From Mobula hypostoma (taxonomy: Eukaryota): a DNA stretch of 64,000 nt. The position numbers were made by a program, and so were the translations under genes. Positions 63,906-64,000 of the stretch are shown here, one piece after another; the first letter of the stretch is position 1; each line of letters starts with the position of its first letter. Under the pieces are notes generated by a model that was given only the letters and a program-made list of their open reading frames with translations, was not told the DNA's origin and made no database searches. The DNA lies in NCBI RefSeq assembly GCF_963921235.1, contig NC_086108.1, forward strand, positions 72,356,001 through 72,420,000, in the 5' to 3' direction.

Positions 63906-64000
63906 GCAACACACACAAAATGCTGGAGGAACTCAGCATGCCAGGCATCCCTCCAGCATTGTGTGTGTGTGTGTGTGTGTGTGTGTTGCTCGGATTTCCA

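Larger units (their letters stand above)
50507..64000 (+). other. Long intron of the PI3K regulatory subunit gene (continues beyond window)
   Basis: GTAGGT donor at 50507. No RhoGAP/BH or SH2 coding exon recognised downstream; AT-rich sequence with scattered repeats. Confidence 0.65.

Overview
This is eukaryotic (vertebrate) genomic DNA; the repeat families suggest a cartilaginous fish, probably a ray (inference). Positions ~1-48,800 are a dense pile of retroelements: many CR1 LINEs including one nearly full-length copy, a Tx1-clade LINE, Rex1/Babar-type LINE fragments, Penelope-like elements (PLEs) with GIY-YIG endonuclease, and solo LTRs. A Tc1 relic, a Harbinger-type MITE, SINEs and non-autonomous elements are also present. 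The only clear host gene is the first coding exon (SH3 domain plus proline-rich linker) of a class IA PI3K regulatory subunit at 50182-50506 (+), probably the long SH3-containing form of PIK3R3. It has a putative TATA promoter, a non-coding first exon and uORFs, and is followed by a long intron running off the window. The most notable non-coding signal is a minimal type I hammerhead ribozyme motif (CUGANGA...GAAAC-GUH with a palindromic stem III) in the PLE terminal repeat. It recurs in about 10 copies, some inside tiny fold-back PLE derivatives flanked by 11-13 bp target-site duplications (TSDs). Other oddities are a 255-bp-arm palindrome inside a CR1 and a 155-bp direct duplication flanking the Tx1 insertion. 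Repeat boundaries are approximate unless a TSD or TIR is quoted.
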